Shown here: one piece after another, positions 1 to 8,635 of the stretch
Position numbering within the stretch: the first letter of the stretch is position 1
Layout: every line of letters begins with the position of its first letter
Notes under the pieces: model-generated
The model's database searches: none
What the model was told of the DNA's origin: nothing
What the model saw: only the letters and a program-made list of their open reading frames with translations
Assembly (NCBI GenBank): GCA_029974275.1
Contig: JARKSN010000333.1
Coordinates: 1 to 27,191 of the forward strand
Length of the DNA stretch: 27,191 bases
Direction of reading: 5' to 3'
Origin: Candidatus Hydrogenedentota bacterium
GTDB lineage: Bacteria; Hydrogenedentota; Hydrogenedentia; Hydrogenedentales; SLHB01
Made by a program: the position numbers and the translations under genes

Positions 1-1353
1 CTCGAAGAGCACATGCGCGTGCGCTCCGGCGTCGAGTTGCACGGCGAGATTCAGTACAAGGGCACGATCGTCATCGGCACGGTCTACCAGGACGTCCACT
101 CGATCGGCAAGGACCTCGCCAAGACGCTCTTCGAGAACTACGGCTACCGCGTCATCGACCTTGGCGTGATGACGCCGTTGCAGGACTACCTCGACGCGGC
201 GAAGGAGCACAACGCGACGGCCATCGGCATGTCGGCGCTGCTCGTGCAGACCTCGAACCACATGATCGCCGTGTCGAAGATGATGCAGGAGCAGGGCCTT
301 GCGCATGTGCCGGCGCTCATCGGCGGCGCGCCGGTGAATTGGCGGCACGCGGCGTATGTCGCGATGGCCGGCGGCGACGATGCGGCGCAGATGCGCGATA
401 ATGTTTTTTACTGCGCGACGGCGATGGACGGCGTGAACGTCATGAACGCGCTGCGCAACGTGGAGGGGCGCGATGATGTCCTCGCGAAAAACCGCGAAAA
501 ACTTCACGCAAACCTTGAGCGGGCGCAGCGTATGTCGCGCGAGGAAGACAAGCTCTTCGCGACGTTGCCGCGTCGCGTGATCGGTTTCGACGAGCACCGC
601 GTGCCCGAAGGCGCGTATATGCCGCCCAAGGTCGTGACGTTCCGCCTCGAAGAATTCGCGCCGCGTCTCGACAAGCGCACGTTGTTCGCGCTGAATTGGA
701 AGTTTGGCGGCAGCGCCGCGCGCGAACGGCAAGGCGAGACCGCCGACAAGCTCGAACGCCTGTTCGCGGAATGGATCGCGCGCGCCGGACGTGAAGGATG
801 GGTGCAGCCGCAGGGCGTCTACGGTTTGTTTCCCTGCCAGTCCGAAGGCGATGAGGTCGTCGTGTACCATCCCGACGATCTCGCAACGCCGATCTGCCGT
901 TTTGATTTCACGGTCGTGATCGGGGCCGAACGCAAGGACACTGTCTGCGCGGCGCAGTACTTCATGCCTGCGGATCCCGGGCGTTTCGACGTCATCGGCA
1001 TTCAACTCTCGACAAGCGGCCCGCAGGTGGACGATCAATTGGCGCGTTTTCGCGAGGAGCAAGACTCGGAGTCCAGCCTGTATTTGCAGGGCCTATCCGA
1101 CCGCGTCGCCGAAGACATGGCCGACTACCTCCACGCGCTTCAACGCGAACAATTGGGATTCGATCCGCACCACGGCATCCGCTGGTCGCCCGGCTACCCC
1201 GCCATGACCCACACCGCCAACAACCGCACGATCCTCGACATTCTCGACGCCGAACGCCTTCTCGGCGTCCGCATCACCGACGCCGGAGAATTCTCCCCCA
1301 CCGGCGCCACCGCCGCCGTTGTGTCGTTCCATCCACAAGCGCGCTACACGTGA
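1..1353 (+). CDS. metH: B12-dependent methionine synthase, C-terminal part (cobalamin-binding and AdoMet activation domains); 5' truncated by window
   Basis: Frame is open to position 1. Contains the DxHxxG cobalamin motif (GTVYQDVHSIGK), VIDLGV, GMSALL, LIGGA, and activation-domain motifs DRVAED and RWSPGYPA, ending FHPQARY. Confidence 0.85.
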   Translation, partial: LEEHMRVRSGVELHGEIQYKGTIVIGTVYQDVHSIGKDLAKTLFENYGYRVIDLGVMTPLQDYLDAAKEHNATAIGMSALLVQTSNHMIAVSKMMQEQGLAHVPALIGGAPVNWRHAAYVAMAGGDDAAQMRDNVFYCATAMDGVNVMNALRNVEGRDDVLAKNREKLHANLERAQRMSREEDKLFATLPRRVIGFDEHRVPEGAYMPPKVVTFRLEEFAPRLDKRTLFALNWKFGGSAARERQGETADKLERLFAEWIARAGREGWVQPQGVYGLFPCQSEGDEVVVYHPDDLATPICRFDFTVVIGAERKDTVCAAQYFMPADPGRFDVIGIQLSTSGPQVDDQLARFREEQDSESSLYLQGLSDRVAEDMADYLHALQREQLGFDPHHGIRWSPGYPAMTHTANNRTILDILDAERLLGVRITDAGEFSPTGATAAVVSFHPQARYT

Positions 1354-1441
1354 GCGCCATGCCGGAAAACGTTTCGAAAGAGAAGATTCGTCTTTCCCGC
1401 GAGCGTATGATGGGTATTCGATCAATGGATGTCTGGTTCCG

Positions 1442-1470
1442 TTGACCGTTCCCGGATAGGCTGCTATGAT
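1442..1470 (+). promoter_or_regulatory. sigma70-type promoter of adenylate cyclase gene
   Basis: TTGACC (1442-1447), 17 bp spacer, TATGAT (1465-1470) with an extended -10 TG; GGAGA RBS before ATG 1495. Confidence 0.65.
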
Positions 1471-1494
1471 CGTGGTTGAACGGAGAGATCGCCT

Positions 1495-3138
1495 ATGCCG
1501 CAGCTGATCATTGAACAGCCGGGCGTGCCGCCTCGAACGGTGGCGATGTCTGAAAACGAAGTGCGCCTGGGACGCGCGGAGGACAACACTGTCCCCTTGG
1601 TTGCGGACGAGGTGTCGCGACATCACGCCCGGATCGTGCGTCGGGATTCCGGTTTTGTCATTCTCGATCTGAATAGCCTCAACGGCACCTATGTCAACCG
1701 CCAGCGCATCGTCGAGCGCGTGTTGTCGCATCTCGATGAGATATGGCTGGGCAGCAAGTGCCGGATGGTCTATCGCGACGACACGGATTTCACCAAGCTT
1801 GGCGGCCCTTTGCCGGGCGATTCGTCGTTGCGCGAAGACATCAGCCGCATCCGCGAGGAGATGAGCCGGGTCGACAGCAATTTGACCCTTATCGGCAAAC
1901 GGGGTCGCACTCCGGTCGAACAGGCCACCTTGCTGTTGCCGGAGGCCACCGCCGAAGATGTCGTCAAGATGGGGTTGGCCTATCGGCGTCTTTCCGCGCT
2001 GTATCAGGCCAGCAAGGAGATCGCTTCCGAATTTGATCTGCAAAAACGCCTCGCTTCGGTTTTGGATACGGCCATTTCCGTGGTGGACGCCGATCGGGGA
2101 TTTGTGCTGCTGCGAGACGAGGCGTCGGGCGCCTTGATGGTCAGCGTGGCGCGCGAGATGGGCAAGGATTTGGACGCCAGTTCGCCGAGCATGGGCATTG
2201 CGGGCCAGGCCGCCTTTGACGGACAGCCGATCCTCATGAACGTTGGGCAGGGAACGGCCAACGGCGATCTGGCCACGCGCGCCAGCGTGATTCAACAGAG
2301 AATCAGCAGCGCGATGTGCGTGCCGTTGCGCGTCGAGGATCGCGTGCTGGGCGCCGTCTATCTCGATTCGCGCCGGGCCGGGCATGAGTTTACGCACGAA
2401 GACTTGGAACTTTTCGAATCGCTTGCCGCCCAATCGGCCATGGCCATCGAAAACGTGCAGCTCTACGCGCGGATGGTCGAGGCGGAAAAGAAACGCGCCA
2501 ATCTGGGGCGCTTCTTGTCGCCCGCGATCGTCGACGAGATCATGAAGCAAGACAAGGTCCTCGAGTTGGGCGGTCAAAAGCGCGTGGTTACCACGATGTT
2601 CTGCGATATTCGCGGGTTCACGCCCATCGCCGAGCGCCTTTCTCCCGCCGATTTGGTTGCGTTGTTGAACGAGTACTTCACGGCGATGACCGCGATTATT
2701 TTCGAGCATCAGGGGACCCTGGACAAGTATATCGGCGATGAAATCATGGCCGTGTTCGGCGCTCCATTGAGCGGAGTGGACGATCCCGCCCGGGCCGTTC
2801 GCGCCGCGCTCAAGATGCAGAAGGTGAACGCGCAGCTCAATGCGCAACGCGCGGCGTCCGGCGCACCTTTGTTTGAGATCGGCATCGGGATATGCACGGG
2901 TGAAGTGATCGCCGGGTATGTCGGTTCGCCCGACCGCCTGGAGTTCACCGTCGTTGGCGATCGCGTCAACACGGCGCGGCGTCTATGCTCGCTGGCCGAG
3001 CCTGGCCAGGTCGTCGTGGCGTATCCGACGTACGAGCACATCCGGGATATCGTCAACGCGCGTCCGATCGGCACCGTCATGTTGAAGGGCAAGGAATCGC
3101 CAGAGCATGCGTACGAAGTTTTGAGCATGAAGGACTAG
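1495..3138 (+). CDS. FHA + GAF + class III adenylate cyclase
   Basis: FHA motifs LGR, VSRHHA, DLNSLNGTYVN; GAF motifs SAMCVPL, LGAVYLDS, FTHEDLELF; cyclase motifs MFCDIRGFT, DKYIGDEIMA, FTVVGDRVNTARRL. Confidence 0.92.
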   Translation: MPQLIIEQPGVPPRTVAMSENEVRLGRAEDNTVPLVADEVSRHHARIVRRDSGFVILDLNSLNGTYVNRQRIVERVLSHLDEIWLGSKCRMVYRDDTDFTKLGGPLPGDSSLREDISRIREEMSRVDSNLTLIGKRGRTPVEQATLLLPEATAEDVVKMGLAYRRLSALYQASKEIASEFDLQKRLASVLDTAISVVDADRGFVLLRDEASGALMVSVAREMGKDLDASSPSMGIAGQAAFDGQPILMNVGQGTANGDLATRASVIQQRISSAMCVPLRVEDRVLGAVYLDSRRAGHEFTHEDLELFESLAAQSAMAIENVQLYARMVEAEKKRANLGRFLSPAIVDEIMKQDKVLELGGQKRVVTTMFCDIRGFTPIAERLSPADLVALLNEYFTAMTAIIFEHQGTLDKYIGDEIMAVFGAPLSGVDDPARAVRAALKMQKVNAQLNAQRAASGAPLFEIGIGICTGEVIAGYVGSPDRLEFTVVGDRVNTARRLCSLAEPGQVVVAYPTYEHIRDIVNARPIGTVMLKGKESPEHAYEVLSMKD

Positions 3139-3206
3139 GCCCTCCAGACGAGGGGGGAGCGGCGCATTGGGGGAAACCATGAATCCAGCAGCGCGAGGCG
3201 CGTGAC

Positions 3207-4490
3207 ATGGCGCATCAAACCTTGAAATCGGCCTATGAGCGCCTTTCCGATCGTCTCAACCGCTTTCCGCAGGGCGCCCCTTCAACGGATCTTCTTTTCG
3301 CCATCCTGAAGATGCTCTTCAGCGAACGCGAAGCGGGTTTGGTTTCCCAGCTTCCCATCAAGCCGTTTACGGCGGCCAAGGCGTCGCGGATATGGAAGAT
3401 GGACGAGGCGGAAGCGGAGCGCGTGCTCGACGAGCTGGCATCGCGGGCCGCGCTGCTCGACATGGAAGATGATCGCAACGGCCGTACGTACGTGTTGCCG
3501 CCGCCCATGGCGGGTTTTTTCGAGTTCTCTCTCATGCGCGTGCGCGGCGACATCGACCAGAAGGCGCTGTCCGAGCTTTTTTACCAGTATCTGAACGTTG
3601 AGGAGGAGTTCATTCGCCAACTGTTCACGGACGGCGAGACGCAGTTGGGCCGCGTGTTTGTCAACGAGGAGGCGCTGCCGGAAGACAACGCCCTGCATGT
3701 CCTCGACTACGAGCGCGCGAGCCGCGTCATCCAGTCCGCGACCCACATCGGCATCGGGATGTGCTATTGCCGCCACAAGATGCAGCACATGGACCGCGCC
3801 TGCGACGCGCCCATGGACATCTGCATGACCTTCAACACGGTGGCCGCTTCGCTCACGCGTCACGGCGCGGCGCGCCCCGTTTCGGCGACGGAATGCATGG
3901 GACTGCTCGATCAGGCGTACGCACACAACCTGGTGCAGTTTGGCGAAAACGTTCGCGAGGGCGTCAGTTTCATCTGCAACTGCTGCAAATGTTGCTGCGA
4001 AGCGATGATCGCCGCGCAGCGTTTCGGAACGCTGAACCCTGTCCACACCACCAACTACCTGCCCGCGGTGAACGCCGAGACCTGCACCGGTTGCGGGCGC
4101 TGCACGGTCGTGTGTCCGGTTGACGCCGTGAAGCTGCGCGCCGAAACCGCTGGGAACGACGCGCCTGTGCGCAAGGCCGTCATCGACGAAGCGTCTTGCC
4201 TGGGCTGCGGCGTGTGCGCCCGCGCCTGCGGGCAGAACGCGTTGCGCATGCAGGCGCGGCCCGAGCGCGTGATCACGCCCGTCGACGGCGTCCATCGGGC
4301 CGTTGTGATGGCGATCGAGCGCGGCAAATTGCAGAATTTGATATTCGACAATCAGGCGCTTGCGAGTCACCGCGCGATGGCCGCGATTCTCGGGGCGATC
4401 CTGCGCCTTCCTTTGGTAAAGCGCGCGATGGCCAGCAAACAGATGAAGTCGCGCTATCTGGAAGCCTTGTTTACGCGCGTGAAGGCCTGA
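3207..4490 (+). CDS. 4Fe-4S dicluster domain-containing Fe-S protein
   Basis: CTGCGRCTVVCP and CLGCGVCARAC ferredoxin motifs, plus CYCRH and ICNCCKCCC cysteine clusters. Confidence 0.85.
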   Translation: MAHQTLKSAYERLSDRLNRFPQGAPSTDLLFAILKMLFSEREAGLVSQLPIKPFTAAKASRIWKMDEAEAERVLDELASRAALLDMEDDRNGRTYVLPPPMAGFFEFSLMRVRGDIDQKALSELFYQYLNVEEEFIRQLFTDGETQLGRVFVNEEALPEDNALHVLDYERASRVIQSATHIGIGMCYCRHKMQHMDRACDAPMDICMTFNTVAASLTRHGAARPVSATECMGLLDQAYAHNLVQFGENVREGVSFICNCCKCCCEAMIAAQRFGTLNPVHTTNYLPAVNAETCTGCGRCTVVCPVDAVKLRAETAGNDAPVRKAVIDEASCLGCGVCARACGQNALRMQARPERVITPVDGVHRAVVMAIERGKLQNLIFDNQALASHRAMAAILGAILRLPLVKRAMASKQMKSRYLEALFTRVKA

Positions 4491-4503
4491 AGGCGCTGAG
4501 CCG

Positions 4504-4537
4504 GCGGATGCGCGCAGGCTGCCCCGCACGCATCCGC
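4504..4537. terminator. GC-rich hairpin between convergent genes (possible bidirectional terminator)
   Basis: GCGGATGCG (4504-4512) is complementary to CGCATCCGC (4529-4537); lies between stops at 4490 and 4549; no clear U-tract. Confidence 0.45.
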
Positions 4538-4548
4538 ATGTCGACCGT

Positions 4549-5607
4549 TCACCTTTTCCCTTTTTCGATTCGTCGCACGTCCATGGCGATTCGTCTCCAC
4601 CGCGCTTTTTCGGCCAGCTGCGCCGAGCGGTCCTGCGCGCGCGCGAGATATTGCGCCTCGCGTTTGAGCTTGCGGTAGCCGTTGAATCGCGCGTCGGACA
4701 GGAAGCCCTCGTCGATCGCCTGGCGCACGGCGCAGCCGGGTTCTTGTTCGTGCGTGCAATCGCGGAAGCGGCATCCAACCGCCAGCGCGCGAATGTCGTC
4801 GAAGGTTTCCTCGATGCTTTCTTCGCTGGCCCAGAGCTGCAATTCGCGCATGCCCGGCGTATCTATGAGCAGCGCCCGGGAGGGTAGCGGCATGAGTTCG
4901 CGCCGGGTCGTGGTGTGGCGGCCCCGCGAGTCGTCTTCGCGCACGGCCTGCGTCTCCTGCACGGTCCGCCCCATCAGCGCGTTTACAAGGGTCGATTTTC
5001 CCGTTCCGGAGGAACCCAGCAGCACAGCCGTTTTTCCGCATGCGAGATACGGTTGCAGTTCGCCGAGTCCGTTGCCCGTGGCGGCGCTGATCACATGCAC
5101 CGGCGCGCCCATCGCCACTTCCTCGGCCTCCCGCATGCGCGTCTGGGCATCGTCGCACAGGTCGGCCTTGTTCAAGACGACCACCGGGGTTGCGCCGCTC
5201 TCCCAGGTCAGGGTCAGGTAGCGCTCGATCCGGCGCGGAGAAAAGTCGCCATCGAGACCGCATATCAGAAATGCCCAATCGACGTTTGCGGCCAACACTT
5301 GCGGCGCCGTTGCCTTGCCGGGAGCCTTGCGCACAAACGCGCCGCGCCGATCCAACAAGGCCAGAATCTGTGTTGGCGCGTTCGGGCGCTCCCGCGCCGC
5401 CACCCAGTCGCCTACGGCCGGACGCGTCAACCCCGACGCCAACGATCCGCCTCGCGCGGCCTCGGCGGGCCTGTCGCCTCGCTCGGTCAAGATCAGATAA
5501 CTGGTCCCGTAATCACTCGCCACGCGGGCAGGAAATGCCTGTGCATCGCCCAACCCGGCAAAGGATTTCTCGAAATGCTCATCCCATCCAAGCTCTGTCA
5601 AGTTCAT
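4549..5607 (-). CDS. rsgA: ribosome small subunit-dependent GTPase A
   Basis: OB-fold PAVGDWV; circularly permuted GTPase motifs NKAD, GSSGTGKST, GRHTTT, DTPGMR; Zn finger CRFRDCTHEQEPGC. Confidence 0.95.
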   Translation of the reverse strand: MNLTELGWDEHFEKSFAGLGDAQAFPARVASDYGTSYLILTERGDRPAEAARGGSLASGLTRPAVGDWVAARERPNAPTQILALLDRRGAFVRKAPGKATAPQVLAANVDWAFLICGLDGDFSPRRIERYLTLTWESGATPVVVLNKADLCDDAQTRMREAEEVAMGAPVHVISAATGNGLGELQPYLACGKTAVLLGSSGTGKSTLVNALMGRTVQETQAVREDDSRGRHTTTRRELMPLPSRALLIDTPGMRELQLWASEESIEETFDDIRALAVGCRFRDCTHEQEPGCAVRQAIDEGFLSDARFNGYRKLKREAQYLARAQDRSAQLAEKARWRRIAMDVRRIEKGKR

Positions 5608-5639
5608 GATAGAAAAACCTTCTTCGGTTGTCGTGTTGC

Positions 5640-5668
5640 AGAATACACCGCGCGCTTGCGCGTCACAA
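5640..5668 (-). promoter_or_regulatory. possible sigma70 promoter of rsgA
   Basis: Minus strand TTGTGA, 17 bp spacer, TATTCT, about 30 nt upstream of ATG 5607. Confidence 0.4.
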
Positions 5669-5801
5669 AAGACGGCAAGGCGTTATCGTTTACGTGATTG
5701 AGAACGGAATGACGTATGGGAAAAAGGCGAGAGCCCCTGGCCCGATAGGGCTTCAGGGGTGGGCGGGGGAGTTTCAGACGGATTGTCGCTGCGGCAATCG
5801 C

Positions 5802-5858
5802 TCAGCGCAGTCCTCGACGCCGTTCGCCTTTTCCCGTGATGACAATGGCCTGCGACAT
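5802..5858 (-). CDS. putative 18-aa leader peptide/uORF MSQAIVITGKGERRRGLR inside a structured intergenic region
   Basis: Strong RBS (AGGAAGGAG) 8 nt upstream of ATG 5858; stop TGA at 5804-5802; overlaps a long stem (see findings). Confidence 0.45.
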   Translation of the reverse strand: MSQAIVITGKGERRRGLR

Positions 5859-5955
5859 GGGGCATGCTCCTTCCTGGTTATTGTTCCGTTCCACAAACGC
5901 TTCGCTCTTCATCCAATAGGATGAATATGCATACCGCGCCTATAGGAGCCTTGGT

Positions 5956-7893
5956 CTATTTCACCGCGAAGCACCGCGTCTCGCTGGGTTTCATGTCGAA
6001 ATCCAGCCGCGTTCCGCTCCACGTGAAGGGCGTATCGCAGAAAAGCTCCTTGAGGCGCACGGGATTGGGAAAATGCAGTGTCTTCGGGCCGGCATCGCGG
6101 GCATGCAACGCAATCATGCCGTTGCCCGCGTACAGCGCGTCGTCGCTCTCGCTGAACAAATGCACCCCCGCGTCGCGGGCCGCGGCGCGTATGTCGTCGA
6201 GGGTGATCTTTTCGCTGAACCAGATCAGTTTTCCTCTTCCCGTTTGTTTCGTGACGGGATAGGGCGAGGAGGCGTCCACGCCGAGAAGCTTGTCGCTGAG
6301 AGCGCGATCCACGTGTAACGAGGAGCCTTTGCGCCTTCCTTCTCCCGCCGGCCCCGCGAAAATCAGCGTTTTCCCTTTCCGCTGCAACGCACGGATCGCC
6401 CTGCGCTCCTTGTCGGTCAAGTCGATGGCGTTGGGAAACACATACACCTTGTACTCGGACGCTGCGGGCAGATCGTCCAGGAGAAACGCGTCATACGGCG
6501 CGCCGAGTCTCGGGAATTCCGAAGCCAACACGTTCAGGTTATGAAACAGGAACGCGCTGTCGGGGGGCTGCCGATAGCAACTCTTCGCATCCACAAACAG
6601 CGCGACTTCCGCCTTGGGCCGCCACGCGCCTGGGTTGGTCTCGCCGAATTCGCGCTGTTGGCGAAACAGATCGAGGATGACGGGGTCATCGAACCAGCCC
6701 CCTTGCTGGTCCATCCACCACAGCCCCGCCTGCTTGGTTAGGACGTGCGCGTATTCGCGTTTGAGAACGTTCAGCGTTTCCTGAAGGTCTGCTGCGCGCC
6801 CCAGGTCGCTCTTGGCAAGATGGGTCCGATTGTCCGCCTCGTCCCACCAGAATTTGCCGCGTTTGACGATGGACTCCGTGAGCGACATGAAGGTGCTTGT
6901 GCCGCCGGGACCGCGCCCCGAGTAGCTGGCTGGCGAGACCAAGACGTCGATGTCGGGGCAGTCGATGGCTTCGCGCAGGCCCAAATGCTGGCTTTCCTGC
7001 GACCTTCCGCCATATTGAAGCAGATATCCATAGAAATACGCCACCAGAAAGTCGCGTCCGCCGCCTCGTTTGGCCGCCGCCGCAAGCTGCGTGATGGCCT
7101 TCGTCGTCCCGCGCCAATAGAAATCATAGAAATCGATGATGTCTTGCTGCTCGGGCGGCGTGCGCAACGGACCGAAATCGGCCTCGCGTCGTGCGCGCGA
7201 AGGCATCTCGGCGCTCTCGAAGGAAATATCGCGTCCCCACGCCGCGCACAGGGCCTTTTGCGTCTTGTACTTTCCGCGCAGGTAGGCGCGCCATGCCGCG
7301 ATCGCGGGTTTACTGAAATCGCCGCGGCGTTCCCCCGAACCCTCGTCCCACAGTCCCCACGATTGCCACTCGTCGGTAACGCCGGAGCAGATGTGCATGC
7401 CGATCACGTGGCTTGCGTATGCGGACTGCCGCACATGCCGGGCATACTCTTCGACCCACCGGCAGGCGTCTTCGAGCCACGCTTGTGAAAACATGGATTG
7501 CGGCCCGAGCGATCCGTCGTCAAAAACCACGCGTTCGTCGGGGTGGCGTTCCAGCCACCATGAGGGGGCGGTCACGCTTACGCGCGGCAACGACAGCGCC
7601 TGCGGCTGACATTTCACAACGACAGCGAAACCGTTGTCGCACGCGGCGCCGTTGAATCCATCCGGCCTGTTGCCAAGATCGCTGCCTTGCGTGAAAAACC
7701 GGACGCCCTGTTCGGCGAACTGCTGATAGTATTTGCCGACATCTCCCGCACACGGCAAGAAAGCGTAGGCGAATTCGGGTTTTCCATTGATCCAAATCGC
7801 AGGAGCGTTGCGATAGGGACGCACCTCGGCGCGAACGGGAGTTTGCGGCGCGGCGGCAATCATCCATCCCGCGAGAATCAGACTTGTCAGCAT
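5956..7893 (-). CDS. secreted glycoside hydrolase, beta-galactosidase (GH42-like) type
   Basis: N-terminal signal peptide; PSWWLERHPDE, HVIGMHICSGVTDEW, WRAYLRGKYKT..LCAAWG motifs; trimerisation-like C-terminal domain (YKVYVFPNA); AGGAGG RBS. Confidence 0.65.
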   Translation of the reverse strand: MLTSLILAGWMIAAAPQTPVRAEVRPYRNAPAIWINGKPEFAYAFLPCAGDVGKYYQQFAEQGVRFFTQGSDLGNRPDGFNGAACDNGFAVVVKCQPQALSLPRVSVTAPSWWLERHPDERVVFDDGSLGPQSMFSQAWLEDACRWVEEYARHVRQSAYASHVIGMHICSGVTDEWQSWGLWDEGSGERRGDFSKPAIAAWRAYLRGKYKTQKALCAAWGRDISFESAEMPSRARREADFGPLRTPPEQQDIIDFYDFYWRGTTKAITQLAAAAKRGGGRDFLVAYFYGYLLQYGGRSQESQHLGLREAIDCPDIDVLVSPASYSGRGPGGTSTFMSLTESIVKRGKFWWDEADNRTHLAKSDLGRAADLQETLNVLKREYAHVLTKQAGLWWMDQQGGWFDDPVILDLFRQQREFGETNPGAWRPKAEVALFVDAKSCYRQPPDSAFLFHNLNVLASEFPRLGAPYDAFLLDDLPAASEYKVYVFPNAIDLTDKERRAIRALQRKGKTLIFAGPAGEGRRKGSSLHVDRALSDKLLGVDASSPYPVTKQTGRGKLIWFSEKITLDDIRAAARDAGVHLFSESDDALYAGNGMIALHARDAGPKTLHFPNPVRLKELFCDTPFTWSGTRLDFDMKPSETRCFAVK

Positions 7894-7946
7894 GGCATAA
7901 GCCTCCTGCTCTGCGACGTCCGTGCGCAGGCTCTCTGAGAAGCGGA

Positions 7947-8534
7947 CTATCTTGCGGCAAGCAATTTGAAAGCCAACCCTGCCAGCGCAAGAGTTCCCAA
8001 CGCCAAGACCATCTCAGGCCCCCATCGGCGGAATGCGCTAAGGGGCGGCGGCGCCTCGGGAGGAACTTCCGTCATGGTTGTCTCCGGGGCGATGGGATTC
8101 GGGGCGGATGCAGTTTGGCCATTGTCTTGATCGTCGTTTTCGCCCGCCAATTCACGGGCGCGTTTGGCCAGCGCGATCTGGTCTTTTTGCACCCACAACA
8201 CGCCGCTGGGCGTCTCGAGCATGCGGTATCCGTCGCGGCGCCCCTGCGCTTCCCAATCGCGTTGTTGCCTGTCCTTGCGGGCCATCGGACGCTCTGGTTC
8301 AGGGCCCGAGGCAATATCGCCGAGAAGAATGGTTTGGAGCGTTTCGCGTTTCCATGGCGGCGTGTCCACGCGCAACAGATATGCCCGATCGTTCTTGTTG
8401 ACGATCGTCCCGTATACGGTCGTCCCGTCACGCAGGGTGATCGACACCGTCTCCGCCTCGGACGTCTTTGGCTCGGGCGATTCCGCGGCGGCTCCGATCA
8501 ACGCGAGCGCTATGAACATTGCATGAACCCACAT
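7947..8534 (-). CDS. hypothetical exported protein with C-terminal membrane anchor
   Basis: Real start likely ATG 8534 (MWVHAMFIALALIGAAA signal peptide); C-terminal hydrophobic helix followed by KLLAAR; the longer ORF-track extension overlaps aspS. Confidence 0.65.
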   Translation of the reverse strand: MWVHAMFIALALIGAAAESPEPKTSEAETVSITLRDGTTVYGTIVNKNDRAYLLRVDTPPWKRETLQTILLGDIASGPEPERPMARKDRQQRDWEAQGRRDGYRMLETPSGVLWVQKDQIALAKRARELAGENDDQDNGQTASAPNPIAPETTMTEVPPEAPPPLSAFRRWGPEMVLALGTLALAGLAFKLLAAR

Positions 8535-8584
8535 GACGCCAGTATACGGCCTCGACTGCCCTCGGGCAAGAGGGCGCGAATGGG

Positions 8585-8613
8585 AAAAAAGCGGCGTGCG
8601 GGAAGCCGCTTTT
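8585..8613 (-). terminator. Rho-independent terminator downstream of aspS
   Basis: Minus strand AAAAGCGGC-loop-GCCGCTTTTTT, about 22 nt after the aspS stop. Confidence 0.65.
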
Positions 8614-8635
8614 CGGCGTGTGGAATAAGCCAGCC

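Noticed and set aside
1093..2847. 584-aa minus-strand ORF
   Set aside because: Antisense shadow of the adenylate cyclase and metH genes in GC-rich DNA; no recognisable motifs.
5683..5865. 60-aa ORF MPHVAG...
   Set aside because: ATG is only 1 nt from the SD; the ATG at 5858 in another frame has proper spacing.
5702..5891. 6S RNA, SRP RNA, tRNA-Sec or known riboswitch
   Set aside because: Size fits 6S, but the fold is multibranched and I could not find hallmark motifs of any of these classes by eye.
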